From positions 25,856,001-25,920,000 of the forward strand of contig OZ249436.1 in NCBI GenBank assembly GCA_965235115.1: 64,000 bases of DNA, given 5' to 3'. The notes under the pieces are model-generated. The model had not been told where the DNA came from. It was given only the letters and a program-made list of their open reading frames with translations, and did not search any database. Every line of letters starts with the position of its first letter. The stretch's first letter is position 1. Position numbers and translations under genes: made by a program. Below, in pieces: positions 14,303-26,595 of this stretch. Origin of the DNA: Laetmonice hystrix. Taxonomy: Eukaryota.

Positions 14303-16566
14303 TAGTCTGTCCGCGCTAACTTGAGCCTAATACATATTCATGATATGCAGGGTCATCTTTGTTTACTGCCGGCTGCCGGCCAATGGGTGAGTGGGGTGCT
14401 GGAGACTACCCACGTGTAGGGGGCAGCACATGGTTTGACCACAGGCATCCAGCTGCCGGTCACGGTAACTAAACCTGTACACTCTACCACGATTTAGTCC
14501 TGACACACAATATTCCATTTAGAGCATACATGCACATGGTAAAATAAATAAATATTTAACTCACGTAAATTACAATGAAAGGGGGTAGACTCCCATGTCA
14601 TCCTGATCCTCTGAGGTATCTGTCTCTGATCCTGTGTCAGATAAATCCGAGTCACTGCTTGTGTCATCTATGGAGATAATTAGTTCCTCGACCCTTTCCT
14701 CCATGAGATTATCGCTCTTCCAGTAATCATCTTCCAGTTTCCTTACATGCCTGATAGCATTCTGCCAGTCAGTTGGTGTGATGGAAGATGTTGCTTCAAG
14801 ACAGAGTCTTTCAATATCAGCAATCTTGAAAGTCTTGTTTCTTCTAGCCACTTGTCCTTTGATATTTGCCCATATCAGTTCAATAGGATTTAAGTCACAG
14901 TGGTATGGTGGTGTTCTTACGACAGTGTGTCCATGGTGACGTGCCATTTCATCGATCTCATATTTTAATTCCCTGGGCTTTACAAACTTAATCATTTCAT
15001 ACAGTTCAGCTTTTAACATACCAGGCTGGAGAGCAACATTTTTATCTTCTAGCCACTTAAGCATCTCACTCTTTCTGCTGTTGGAGGTTGGAGCTTTGTC
15101 AAGTTGCATACTATGATAAGAAGCATTGTCCATTACAATGAGTGAGTTGGGTGGAATATTGGGTAGAAGTTTCTCCCGAAACCATTTTTTAAAGTTGTCG
15201 CCATTCATCTCGTCATGGTAATCTCCGGATTTCTGCTTGGCCCTGAAGAGAAGCAACCCGTTGGCAACAAATCCCTGCTCACCTCCTGCATGACTGATGA
15301 TGAGCCTGCTTCCTTGTCCTTCTGGAATCTTTAACCCAAGTTGCCTTTCTGCTGTGGGTTCATCTGGGAGCTGCCATGATTTCGACATACTGTGATGTGC
15401 ATTAAGCCATGTCTCATCTTGATAAATAACAGGCCTTGGGTTGGGAGAGTTCCTATTTTCCCTCATCTTGCGTAGGAATGAATGCCTGGCACTGATGATA
15501 TCAGATCGTTCAAGCAAGAACCTCCTGCCATTCGAACGTGTACACCTAAATCCCAGACGAAGCAAAACTTGGTGAAGTGAGGTTTTTTCTCCAGTAAACT
15601 GTGTTTCTCGCTTTACGATAGGGAGTAATTTCCTGACAGTAGGTAATCCTTTGGTCTTGTCCATGTAGTAATTGTGAACCAGCCTCCTTGTGACACACTT
15701 ATCAAAGTCGTCCAGTTCCACTACCCTGGGCTTCTTGATTTTCCTCTTCTTACCAGGTGTGGAGAAGACGGTTTGGGTGGTTCCTTCCTTCTGGATCCTC
15801 TTCACACTGGCTTTACCTATTCCAAGGCACTCAGCAGTCTTGTTGATCCAACTACCTCCACTTTCTTGGGTTTCTTTCTTAAAATATTGAATAGCATTAA
15901 ACACCAGCTCTCTTGCTTGACTTCCTAAAGCCTTGCCTTTCCTTATTTTAGATGCAGACATGTTGGATAGAAGTTGCGAAGTCTGAGCTTTGTATTCAGT
16001 AGCTGTCTGATAACAAGTGAGGGCATGGTCCTGATGGTTCATTTAATCGTTATTCCCACTCCTTCTGTGTGGTTGCTAGTTAATGAACACATTTCTTTGA
16101 TGTAAACCACCCCATTTTATTATTCAATTCTCCTGACTGGATCAATTTACACCTCCTCTCTTTCCAAATTAAAACCGGATATTTGCGATAAAATGACGAC
16201 GAGAACACCACGTAATAAGATATGCTGATGTGTGAAATTCTGTGATCTACCTCTGAGGTAGCACAAAAAAGAACCCTTACTGTGTGTACATGATATCCCA
16301 GATATCCCTTGGTTAAGAGAGGTGATTGTATAACACATGAAAGTAATCAATCGACTGGCATAAAAACAGCTGGAAACATGCATAGAGATCTACATCTCAG
16401 CTCACAGTGGCCACACGTGGCTTTATTTTGTTTATATGAGTATTGCTGCTAATGGCTTGACCGACGGGCCCCTCCCTGCCCCCATTGGCTGGTACTGGGT
16501 TACACTGGGCCAACCCCCACCGGTAATGAGACCCCGCCTCGAGCTCAAGTTAGCGCGGACAGAGTA
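14303..16566 (-). mobile_element. IS630-Tc1-mariner DNA transposon, DD82E (Sailor-type), apparently complete
   Basis: 24-bp TIRs TAGTCTGTCCGCGCTAACTTGAGC / GCTCAAGTTAGCGCGGACAGAGTA (1 mismatch), TA TSD, single transposase ORF. Confidence 0.9.
14570..16042 (-). CDS. DD82E transposase (DDE_3-like), 490 aa, uninterrupted
   Basis: Motifs YQDETW, VMDNASYH, PPYHCDLNPIELIW; 82 residues counted between the second D and E; N-terminal HTH-like region, basic NLS PGKKRKIKK, acidic tail. Confidence 0.92.
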   Translation of the reverse strand: MNHQDHALTCYQTATEYKAQTSQLLSNMSASKIRKGKALGSQARELVFNAIQYFKKETQESGGSWINKTAECLGIGKASVKRIQKEGTTQTVFSTPGKKRKIKKPRVVELDDFDKCVTRRLVHNYYMDKTKGLPTVRKLLPIVKRETQFTGEKTSLHQVLLRLGFRCTRSNGRRFLLERSDIISARHSFLRKMRENRNSPNPRPVIYQDETWLNAHHSMSKSWQLPDEPTAERQLGLKIPEGQGSRLIISHAGGEQGFVANGLLLFRAKQKSGDYHDEMNGDNFKKWFREKLLPNIPPNSLIVMDNASYHSMQLDKAPTSNSRKSEMLKWLEDKNVALQPGMLKAELYEMIKFVKPRELKYEIDEMARHHGHTVVRTPPYHCDLNPIELIWANIKGQVARRNKTFKIADIERLCLEATSSITPTDWQNAIRHVRKLEDDYWKSDNLMEERVEELIISIDDTSSDSDLSDTGSETDTSEDQDDMGVYPLSL

Positions 16567-16756
16567 TAAACTTTCTGCTTCTCACAACGTCAATTGTCAA
16601 TTCTCAAAGTTAATCGTCGTACAGAACTAGCCAGTTTTTCCTTGGGGAAATGTTATCATTTACATATTTTAATATAAATTTGTCTTTCCATTGGGCCCAG
16701 ATAGGCCTATCCACGTGTATTCCACGAGAAAATACACCAATCATTTCCACGTGTAC

Positions 16757-17605
16757 ATATCCACGTGTTTTCAACGTGATACTGAAACCAAATTTCCCCC
16801 AAATGGCACAAATGACGCACATCACCTTTTCCACTAGAAAGCCACGTGTTTTTAACATGATACTGAAACCAAATTTCCACGAGCTGGCAAAAATGATGGA
16901 CATCACCTTTCCCACCAGAAGGCCACGTGTTTTCAACGTGATACTAAAACCAAATTTCCCCCAACTGGCGGAAATGATGGACATCACATTTCCCACCAGA
17001 AAGCCACGTGTTTTCAATGTGATACTGAAACCAAATTTCCACGAGCTGGCGAAAGTGATGGACATCACCTTTCCCACCAGAAATCCACGTGTTTTCAACG
17101 TGATACTGAAACCAAATTTCCCCCAACTGGCGAAAATGATGGACATCACATTTCCACCAGAAAGCCACGTGTTTTCAACGTGATACTGAAACCAAATTTC
17201 CCCCAACTGGCGAAAATGATGGACATTACATTTCCACCAGAAAGCCACGTGTTTTCAACGTGATACTGAAACCAAATTTCCACGAGCTGGCGAAAATGAT
17301 AGACATCACATTTCCACCAGAAAGCCACGTGTTTTCAACGTGATACTGAAACCAAATTTCCCCCAATTGGCGAAAATGATGGACATTACATTTCCACCAG
17401 AAAGCCACGTGTTTTCAACGTGATACTGAAACCAAATTTCCCCCAACTGGCGAAAATGATGGACATTACATTTCCACCAGAAAGCCACGTGTTTTCAACG
17501 TGATACTGAAACCAAATTTCCACGAGCTGGCAAAAATGATGTACATCAGCTTTCCCACCGGAAAGCCATGTGTTTTCAACGTGATACTGAAACCAAATTT
17601 CCCCG
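16757..17605. repeat. 80-81-bp tandem repeat (~10 copies), subterminal array of the EnSpm-like element
   Basis: CCACGTGTTTTCAACGTGATACTGAAACCAAATTTCC recurs every 80-81 bp. Confidence 0.95.
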
Positions 17606-20600
17606 TCATAAATCCACGTGGAAACGACGTGGAAAACTGGTGGAAAACTAGTGGATTGGTGGATCCACCAGAAATCCACTAGTTTTCCACCAGTTATCCA
17701 CATGGTTTCCACGTGGTGTGCCCGCTGGGTTACTACTACTACTACTACTACTACAACGCAAAGAACTAGACACGTTGTGGCGATACCACAATTGATCCCA
17801 TCCCCGGGGAGTCACGTGATATATGACTTCCTATTCCTGTTCAATAGTAACCATGGCTCAATCTTTCACCGTTTACGAGTTGGAGGCTTAAGAAAATAAT
17901 GTTAACATCATTATAATCTCATACGTCCTGATCCTGCTTTCATGGAGGCTCAGATCCAGTACCGCAAGAAAGGAGGGGCACCAAAGGTGCAAGGCGAACA
18001 TGGGCGCGGGGGGGGGACTTGAATATAAAAAGGCAAAGAACGTTACTTCTGGAGCTAGATGTGAAGTTTCTCAAAGTAGTTCAGGCGCATGTCGGTAGGG
18101 GTCCGGGGGTTGGACCCCCTCTCCTGCTCCCCCAGAGCATAGACTCATTTTTCCTTAGATTCAGCGGAACACCATCGAACGAACAGGTGCAAAGCATTCC
18201 GCCTATTTTAAACTGGTTGAGTGATGAATACACAAAATATAATGCACTAAAAGGGTCCATAAAAGGCTTCTAATTTAAAAAAAAAACATTTCCGCGACCA
18301 CCCTGCTGAAAATCCTAGATACGTGGCTGTATTTAGACCTAGCCTAACAATAATGTCAATTCTTCAAAAAGAAAAAATGGAGATCCGCCCCTGACATGTA
18401 TTCAGCTCTCCTAGGTAAGATTAGAAAACAAATGACAGTTACACCTGCAGTTCAAAGGCACAGCTAATACACTTATGTTAGTTCTGAATACACAATCACA
18501 TTCCTCCAACCCCAGCATGACTGTGAGGGAGGGGAGTAGTCACAACTGACGGGCCAGCCAGCCGGCCCTTATCAACAGCCCTTACGTAACCCTCTGCCGA
18601 CCCTGGCGCTGGCTTCACAGCGGGTGATTAGTGTATTCTGAGATGCCACCTGTCAGAGTGTAAAAATATTATAGTGAAGACTATACCCATTAAAACTTAC
18701 AATTCTGGCCATATTACCTTTCCAAAACAAGAACTAAACAGTCAGTGGTATACCTGAATCTATACACTTTGTAATTCTTGTATTTGTATATGGCTATCTT
18801 AAACACGTTTCAAGGTAGAGCCTGTCAACGTCAGATTACGTTATTTCATCATAAATAAAAAAATATTGGTAAATTTATGAAAAGAAATATGCAAAGTGAT
18901 CAATCGTCAATAGCAGGACATGTCTAGTGACCAAATACATGATTCCTATATGACTGAAGCAGTTTTAGAAGTCAAAATTGACAAACTTCAAAGTCACGTG
19001 GTTCGGCGAAAATAGGTCAAATCTCTGAGCTGTTAATTAACTTTTGTTAATCTCTTGTTAGACAGTCCTACTGCCAAATATTGTCAAATTTTACCAAAAA
19101 ATGAAGGAGGAGTAGCGATTTAACCGATTTTTGACCAAGGACCCAGTTCTCCTTAAGGTCAAAGGTCAAAGGTCAAATTAAATGTTAGATTGAGGCAACA
19201 CCCTTGCCCGATTACAATGGCATGAAGGTTTTTGGAAATTCCTAATATGAGAATAGAAAATGGCCTCGACGTCCAAAACCACATTTCACGTCATGACGTC
19301 ATGACGTGACGTCGCGTCACGTCATAACTCGTTGTCCTACCAGACCTTGTCATGGTCAAGATGTGTACTAAGTTTGGTTGAGATATCTTGAAAAATGACT
19401 GAGATAGACGTACTGTTTACTACTACTACTACAACTACATCGCCAAAAATAATAATACAGAAGACGAAACCACACAATTTCTAAATCCCATCCCCTCCGT
19501 AGGGGATGGGATAATAATAATAACTAGCGCCGATGTGGCTTGGGCCAACATCTTGTATCCCATCCCCTGGCAATGAAAATCATAGTTACATTATCATGTT
19601 AGACTACCTCCATGTCATCGATAGGTCAGTAGATCGAAAGAGAATATATTATTACTTCCTATATGACCTCAATAATTAATATTGGTCATCTATCAATGAC
19701 GTCATTGTCACGTAATACGTCACCCTACATAATAGATTTTGGTATCTTTTGAAAGAACATGTTCCTATTATAGCTTCAATAGTAACCATAGCTCTACCGG
19801 GCCCCCTTTCAGAGTTATAGCTGTTTCAATAATATTGGTGATCTAACAACATAGATTTTCATTTTCATTTCGATTTTGGAGACCCCTCTGACGAAAATCC
19901 TGGGCCCGTGGCTGCATTTTGAGTTAGCCTAACAATATTTTTTGTCAATTCTTCAAAAAGAAAGAGTGGGGATATATAGAGGGAGGTGCCCACGCCAGGC
20001 GGCGCCAGGCAGGCCCTTCAGTGCTAGCACAAGACTACCGCCCGGCAATCAATTTCTTCTTTCCTATAGCTATTTCTTCTTTCCTACAGCTATATTCTCA
20101 CTGTGATGTCACCATTTGATCTCTTACTGTGAGATCATTTTGACATCTCTCTGACATAAAACAGTACCAATATATTGGGCTTTCCTTAGAAGAATACGAT
20201 CTTACAGCAAGCTCATAGCGATCTAACCATGATCTCAATTTCTTCTAACACTGTGAGATCATTTTGACATCTCTGACATAACAGTACCAATATATTTTTG
20301 AAATGACGTTGTCGCACCACCTTCCTAGGTTCCCACAGAGACATTCTAAAAAAAATCCTGGCTTAGGCAGTTCTAACCATTGCGTGGGCACGCTGTAGTA
20401 TCTCCTGTGCCAGTTAAGCACTGACCTTAACACCCATACCCCCGTCCTCACTATTGATGTTTCCCGTCGGAAATTCAAATTGGTGTTTTCGATACTGGGT
20501 TGTTTAAAAACAAAATATCATCTCTACGTCGCTATATTGTTCTTTTCATAAATAGCGAAAAGATAAATCGTAATTTTACACAATGAGTAGCTGTTTTTGA

Positions 20601-23301
20601 ATGACATGTGAATTATTTGAAGTCGCTAGAAGTTCACCTATTGACTGTGTTTCGGACAGTCTAGTCAATCTCAATGATAACAGCGCTACCAGCTGAGATT
20701 TACATGATGTCAAGGTGATGTCGGAATTTTATAACATTCTGACATCAGAAAGATCTCAATATTTGTTCTCACATAGTGAAGCCATTATGAGATTGCTGTG
20801 AGATCAATGTGTGATCTTACCAGCTGAGATTTATGTGATATCAAGGTGATGTCGGAATTTTATAACATTCTGACCGCATGAGATCATACTGACATCATAA
20901 TGATTGCGACTTCACAACTGTGAGGAAAAAGTGACCTCACTGTGATCTCAGCATTAGCTCACTTCCCGACTGGGAAGGGTTTAGCTCTAGGCCTATGGCA
21001 AATTGTCACTTTGTGTATTCTGAATACACAATCACATTCCTCCAACCCCACCCTGACTGGGAGGAAAATATAGGGCGCAGCTGGACAATAGTTCTCTCTT
21101 AACTTCAAGAAGACGGCTTAATATTATCAGTGTTGTTTTATTTCGCTCTCCTCCAATATAAGATTCAAGGTGATGTCGGAGGGAGGTATTAGACAGTAAT
21201 ACCTACAGTTTTATATAAATATAAATGCCCAGCTATTCAATTAAGTCTGTTCCCAGCACAAGGGTCTATCAACATCAACCCATCCTGACTGGGAGTCACC
21301 GCCCGACCTTATCAGCAGCAGTGACCTTATCAGCAGCAGTTACGTAATGCTGCCAACACGGGGCAGGGAGAGGCGGCAGGCCATGCACAGCGGGTGGTTT
21401 GTATATTGAGAGATGCCAACAGTCAGTGTAAACATATTATTCTTATCCATTAAAACTTACAATTCTGGCCAGATTACCTTTCCAAAAAAAGAACTAAAGA
21501 ATCAGTGGTATACCTGAATCTATAGACTTTGTAATTGTTGTATTTGCATGTGGCTATCTTAAACACGTTTCAGGTAGAGCCCGTCAAAGTCAGATTACAG
21601 ATATTTCATCATAAATTAAAAATTATTGGTAAATTTATGAAAAGAATTATGCAAAGTGATCAATCGTCAATACCAGCACATATCTAATGACCAAATACAC
21701 GATTTCTAAATGACTGAAGCAGTTTTCGAAAAAAAAGTAAAAAGTGTCAAACTTCAAAGTCAGGTGGTACAGCGAAAATAGGTCAAATGTCATATTCCAT
21801 GCGGTTTCAAACAAAGCTCACTACAGAAGGCCTGTCCACCAAAAATTGTCATATTTTCTCAAAAAATGGCAGAGGAGTAGGGATTTGACCACTTTCGGAC
21901 ATATGACCTACTTTCCCATGACCTCAAAGGTCAAAGGTCAAAATAATGGAGAGTAGTAAAAACAGTATATGCCCGATTATTCAGCTATGAAAAGTGTTGG
22001 GAAAGTATGGAATATGGCTTCAAGAAATGCCTATAAGTCTAAAATACAATTTACGTCATGACGTCATGATGTGACGTCATATGACGTAATGGTTATACGG
22101 ATCGATTCTCCCTACCATGGTGAATGTCCCTGCCAAGTTTCATTTGGATATCTTCATCAATGACTGGGCTGCATGCACAAAAGCAACTACTACAACTACT
22201 ACTACTACGGGAATAATACGGAAGACGAAACCATACAATTTTAAGACCCCATCCCCCTATCGGGAGGATGGGATAATAATAGGGAAGACGAAACCAGACA
22301 ATTTCAGTCAGGTGATATATGACATGTTCTGAGTAGGGTAAACTATGGCTCGATCTTGCACAGTTAATGACTTATAAGCTTTAGAAGATGCCAATTATGA
22401 GGAGACACGTCATACTACGTAATAAATCTTGGTCTCAAATGAGAGAGCATGTATAGAGCAAAGCATTCCGGCTATTTTGAACTGGTTGAGTGATGAATCC
22501 ACAAAATATAATGCCCTAAAATGGCCCCTAAAAGGCGGGAAATCTCTTCTAAGAGCTTTTAATTTTTAAAGACTTCCCGTGACCCCTCTGCTGAAAATCC
22601 TGGACCTGGGGCTAGCCAAACAATAATTTTTTGTCAATTCTTCAAAAAAAAAGAGTGGGGATATAGAGGGATGTGCCCACGCCCGGCGGCGCCCTCTCTC
22701 CTCCTTTTCCCCTAGTCTCTCTCTCTCTCTTGGTGCTCTTCCCCTCGTTCACGTTTTTGCCCCAGTCCCAGTCTAAAGGATGGCCACTGGTCATTGGCCG
22801 ATGGCCCACGTCCAATTAACTGACCGCCCCTGACCGGCTCCTTTGATTGAGAGCTGCCGCCCGATGGCTGGCATGTTATATGACTGAGAAGGTAACCTCT
22901 TCTATAAACAGTCCTTAAGTATTTCTCACAGAGCATTCCCCTTGTCCCTTCCGCAGACCCGCTCAAGTGATGGCTGCATCTATTGTGTGTGCCGCTCGCC
23001 AGGACGACTGCATACCTGTCTACTGTGCACACCGTTCGTTCACTTCTATCTCTCGCCATTTAGCCAACACGTAGTCATACATCATGAAACTTTACCAATA
23101 GGTGCGAATGTCATCCACACCAGACTGTTGGCTCAGGCTGAAACCAAGTGCAGCTGACCAAAAGCTTGTCGTGTCACTTGAACTCCACAACCAACAATCA
23201 GTAGTATTGTTTTATTCAGCTCTCCTACATAAGATTCAAAAACAAATGCATTAGGCAGTTACACCTACAGTTCAAAGGCACAGCTAAGTCAGTTCTGAAT
23301 A

Positions 23302-23514
23302 CAGGTATATCGCCCATGATAACTTAAACTCCACGAAATTTGGTGGAAAGTAAAGATCCATGGCCCTGACCTTATCCCTAACCCCTAACCCCTAACCCCA
23401 GTCCCTACACCTCCCCAAAACATATCCCTACCTTATCCCTATCCCTATCCCTGACATTAACCCTAACCCCTGCCCAAACATTTCGTGGAAAGTTATCATG
23501 GGGGATAGAACCTG
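23302..23514. mobile_element. Short MITE with internal degenerate (CCCTAA)n
   Basis: TIR CAGGTATATCGCCCATGATAACTT / AAGTTATCATGGGGGATAGAACCTG; AATA TSD; empty site TTCTGAATACACAATC at 4317 and 18482. Confidence 0.8.
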
Positions 23515-24825
23515 AATACACAATCATATTCCTCCCTCACTGGGAGGGAGGGGGGAGTAGGCCGGCCGGCCGGCCGGCGGCCGGCCCTTATCACCAGCAC
23601 TTACGTAACCCTCTGCCGACCATGGCCCTGGCTTCCCAGCGGGTGGTTTGTGTATTCAGAGATGCCAAATGTCAGAACGTAAGAATATTATTTTGAAGAC
23701 TATACCCATTAAAACTTACAATTCTGGACATATTACCTTTCCAAGAAAAGAACTAAACAATCAGTGGTATACCTGAATCTATACACTTTGTAATTGTTGT
23801 ATTTGTATATGGCTATCTTAAACACCTTTCAAGGTAGAACCTGTCAAAAGTCAGATTACGTTATTTCTTCATAAATATAAAAATATTGGTAAATTTATGA
23901 AAATAAATATGCAAAGTGATCAATTGTCAACACCAGCACATATCTCGTCACCAAATACACTATTCCTTTATGACTGAAGCAGTTTTAGAAAAAAAAGTAA
24001 AAACTGACAAACTTCAAAGTCACGTGGTTCGGCGAAAATAGGTCAAATCGCTAAATCCCCATGAACATCTCGTGGAGCTTTCGTTAGAGTGTATCTGCCC
24101 AATATTGACAAATTTTACCACAAAATGAAGAAGGAGTAGCGATTTAGCCGATTTGTGATCAATGACCCAGTTCTTTCTAAGGTCAAAGGTCAAAGGTTAA
24201 ATCAAGTGTCTGATTGAAGCATCACCCTTGCTCGATTACAAAGACATGAAGGTATTTGGAAACTCCTAATATGAGCATAGAAAATACCCTTAACGTGGAA
24301 AACCACATTTCACGTCATGACGTCATGACGTGACGTCGCGTCAGGTTGAGATATCTTGAAAAATGACTGAGATAGACGTACAACTGTTTACTACTACTAC
24401 TACATCGCCAAAAATAATAATACAGAAGACGAACCCACACAATTTCTAAATTCCCTCCCCTCCGTAGGGGATGGGATAACTAGACACGTTGTGGCGACAC
24501 CACAATTGATCCCATCCCCGGGGAGTCACGTCATATATGACATGTTCTGAGTGGGGTAAACAATATGGCTCAATCTTGTGCAGTGAATGATTTATAAGCT
24601 TTAGAAGAGGTAAATGACGTAATTATGAGGTGACACGTCAGGCTACGTAATAAATCTTGGTCATGTACTTTCTATTAGTGATTTAAAATAGTAACTTTAG
24701 TTCCAACTTCAACCATTTACAAGTTATTACCCTGAGAAAAATATCTATGACACCTTATGATGTCATGGGACACGTCACGTAAAAAATGTCAAGCGAAAGA
24801 TCATATGACTTCCTATTCGTGTTAA

Positions 24826-25214
24826 CCCATTAAGGACGGGTGATGCCTTGAGGCATTCCCGGGCGGGGGCCGGATAATGCCCTAAGGCATTCCCGGGCGG
24901 GGGCCGGATGATGCCTTGAGGCATCATTTGACATACGTCAGAGCCCATTGTGTATAGAGCGACAGGGCAGCACTGTGACGTAACGTCACAATTGAGTGCT
25001 AGCTGCGCTGGGCCTAGACCAACTCTAGACTCAAATCCCTACTTTTGTCTAAAACATTGATCATTTTTCTGGGGATGACAGTGATTGGAAGCATGAAAGG
25101 CAATCCGTTATCACATGTGGCCGCCCAGAATGGCCCGTCCTTACAGCACATTCACGCAATTGTTACGTCGTCACTAGTGCACGTCTCGGCCACAAGGGGC
25201 CCGTCTCGAAAGGG
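24826..25214. mobile_element. piggyBac-like MITE, copy 1
   Basis: TTAA TSD, CCC...GGG termini, short GC-rich subterminal repeats; second copy inverted at 33918. Confidence 0.8.
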
Positions 25215-26595
25215 TTAAGTTGTAACCATGGCTCTATCTTAAATGGTTTATTACATAGAAGCCTTAGAAGATGTCAGTGGCATCATTATGACATATATGA
25301 TAATGACAATGTATATGACTTCCTATTCCTTTTCAATAGTAACCATGGCTCCATCTTTCACCGTTTACGAGTTGTAGGCTAAAGAAAATAATGTTAACAT
25401 CATTATAATCTCATACGTCATGCTCCTGCTTTCATGCAGGCTCAGATCCAGTACTGCAAGAAAGGAGGGCACGAAAGGTGCAAGGCGAACATGGGCGCTG
25501 GGGGGACTTGAATTTAGAAAGTGAAAGAACGTTATTTCTGGAGCTAGATGTGAAGTTTCTCAATGTATTTCAGGCGCATGTCGGTAGGGGTCCGGGGGTT
25601 GTACCCCCTCTCCTGTTCCCCAGAGCATAGATTCTTTTTCCTTTAGATTCAACAGAACAACATCGAACAAGCAGGTGCCAAGCATTCCGCCTATTTTTAA
25701 CTCGTTGAGTGATGAATACACAAAATATAATGCACTAAAAGGGTCCATAAAAGGCGGAAAAATCGCGTCTAAGAGCTTCTTATTTTAATAAAATTCCGAG
25801 AGCACCCTGCTGAAAATCCTAGACACGTGGCTGTATTTAGACCTAGCCTAACAATAATATTTGTCAATTCTTCAAAAAGAAAGAGTGCAGATCCGCCCCT
25901 GACGTGTGGAAAGGGACCATAGAGATCTACCTATTTTGATATATTAATCATTGTGGTAATTATATCTAGAGACTCTGATTGCCAAGCAATAAGGTAGGTC
26001 CCATTTCCCGAATGGTTTTCTATCATTACCTATATTTTTCTCTCATGTAATTATTGTCCCAACAATAGCGTCATTTCCATTCACACGGAAGTTACTAAGT
26101 ATCCTTTTGACATTATGAAATATTATAGTCCTGATGGATTATATGGATATATACCTGTTACGGGCATCATGAAAAATATCACAGACTCAAGAACAATAGG
26201 TGCGAATGTCATCCACACCAGGCTGTTGGCTCACGCTGAAACCAAATGCAGCTGGCCAAAAGTTTGCCGTGTCTCTTGAACTCCACAGCCAACAATCAAT
26301 AGTAGCCTAGTGTTTTATTCAGCTCTCCTATGTAGGATTAAAAAACAAATGCATTAGACAGTTATATCTACAGTTCAAAGGCACAGCTAATTCAGTTATG
26401 TCAGTTCTGAATATACAATCATCCTCCACCAAACCGACCCTGACTGGGAGGGAGGGAGGGGGGAGTAGTCACAACCGGCCTGCCGACCGCCGGCCGCCCC
26501 TTATCACCAGCGCTTACGTAACCCTCTGCCGACCCTGGTCCTGGCCTCCCAGCAGGAGTGAGTGAGTGAGTAGTGGTGGTTTTCCGCCGTGCCGG

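Larger units (their letters stand above)
13134..17729. mobile_element. Non-autonomous EnSpm/CACTA (CMC)-like element
   Basis: TIR CCCAGCGGGCACA..CACGTGG / CCACGTG..TGTGCCCGCTGGG; 2-bp TSD TT inside the HINE motif TACTGTTTACTAC; CCACGTG-rich subterminal repeat arrays at both ends. Confidence 0.8.

Noticed and set aside
16610..17899. Repetitive ORFs up to 212 aa on both strands
   Set aside because: Products of the 80-bp subterminal repeat
20040..20975. Possible EnSpm-like element with CTGTGAGATC repeats ending CCCGACTGGG
   Set aside because: Only one plausible terminus and no TSD found
23370..23475. Interstitial telomere or fusion scar
   Set aside because: Degenerate, short and enclosed by TIRs with a TSD
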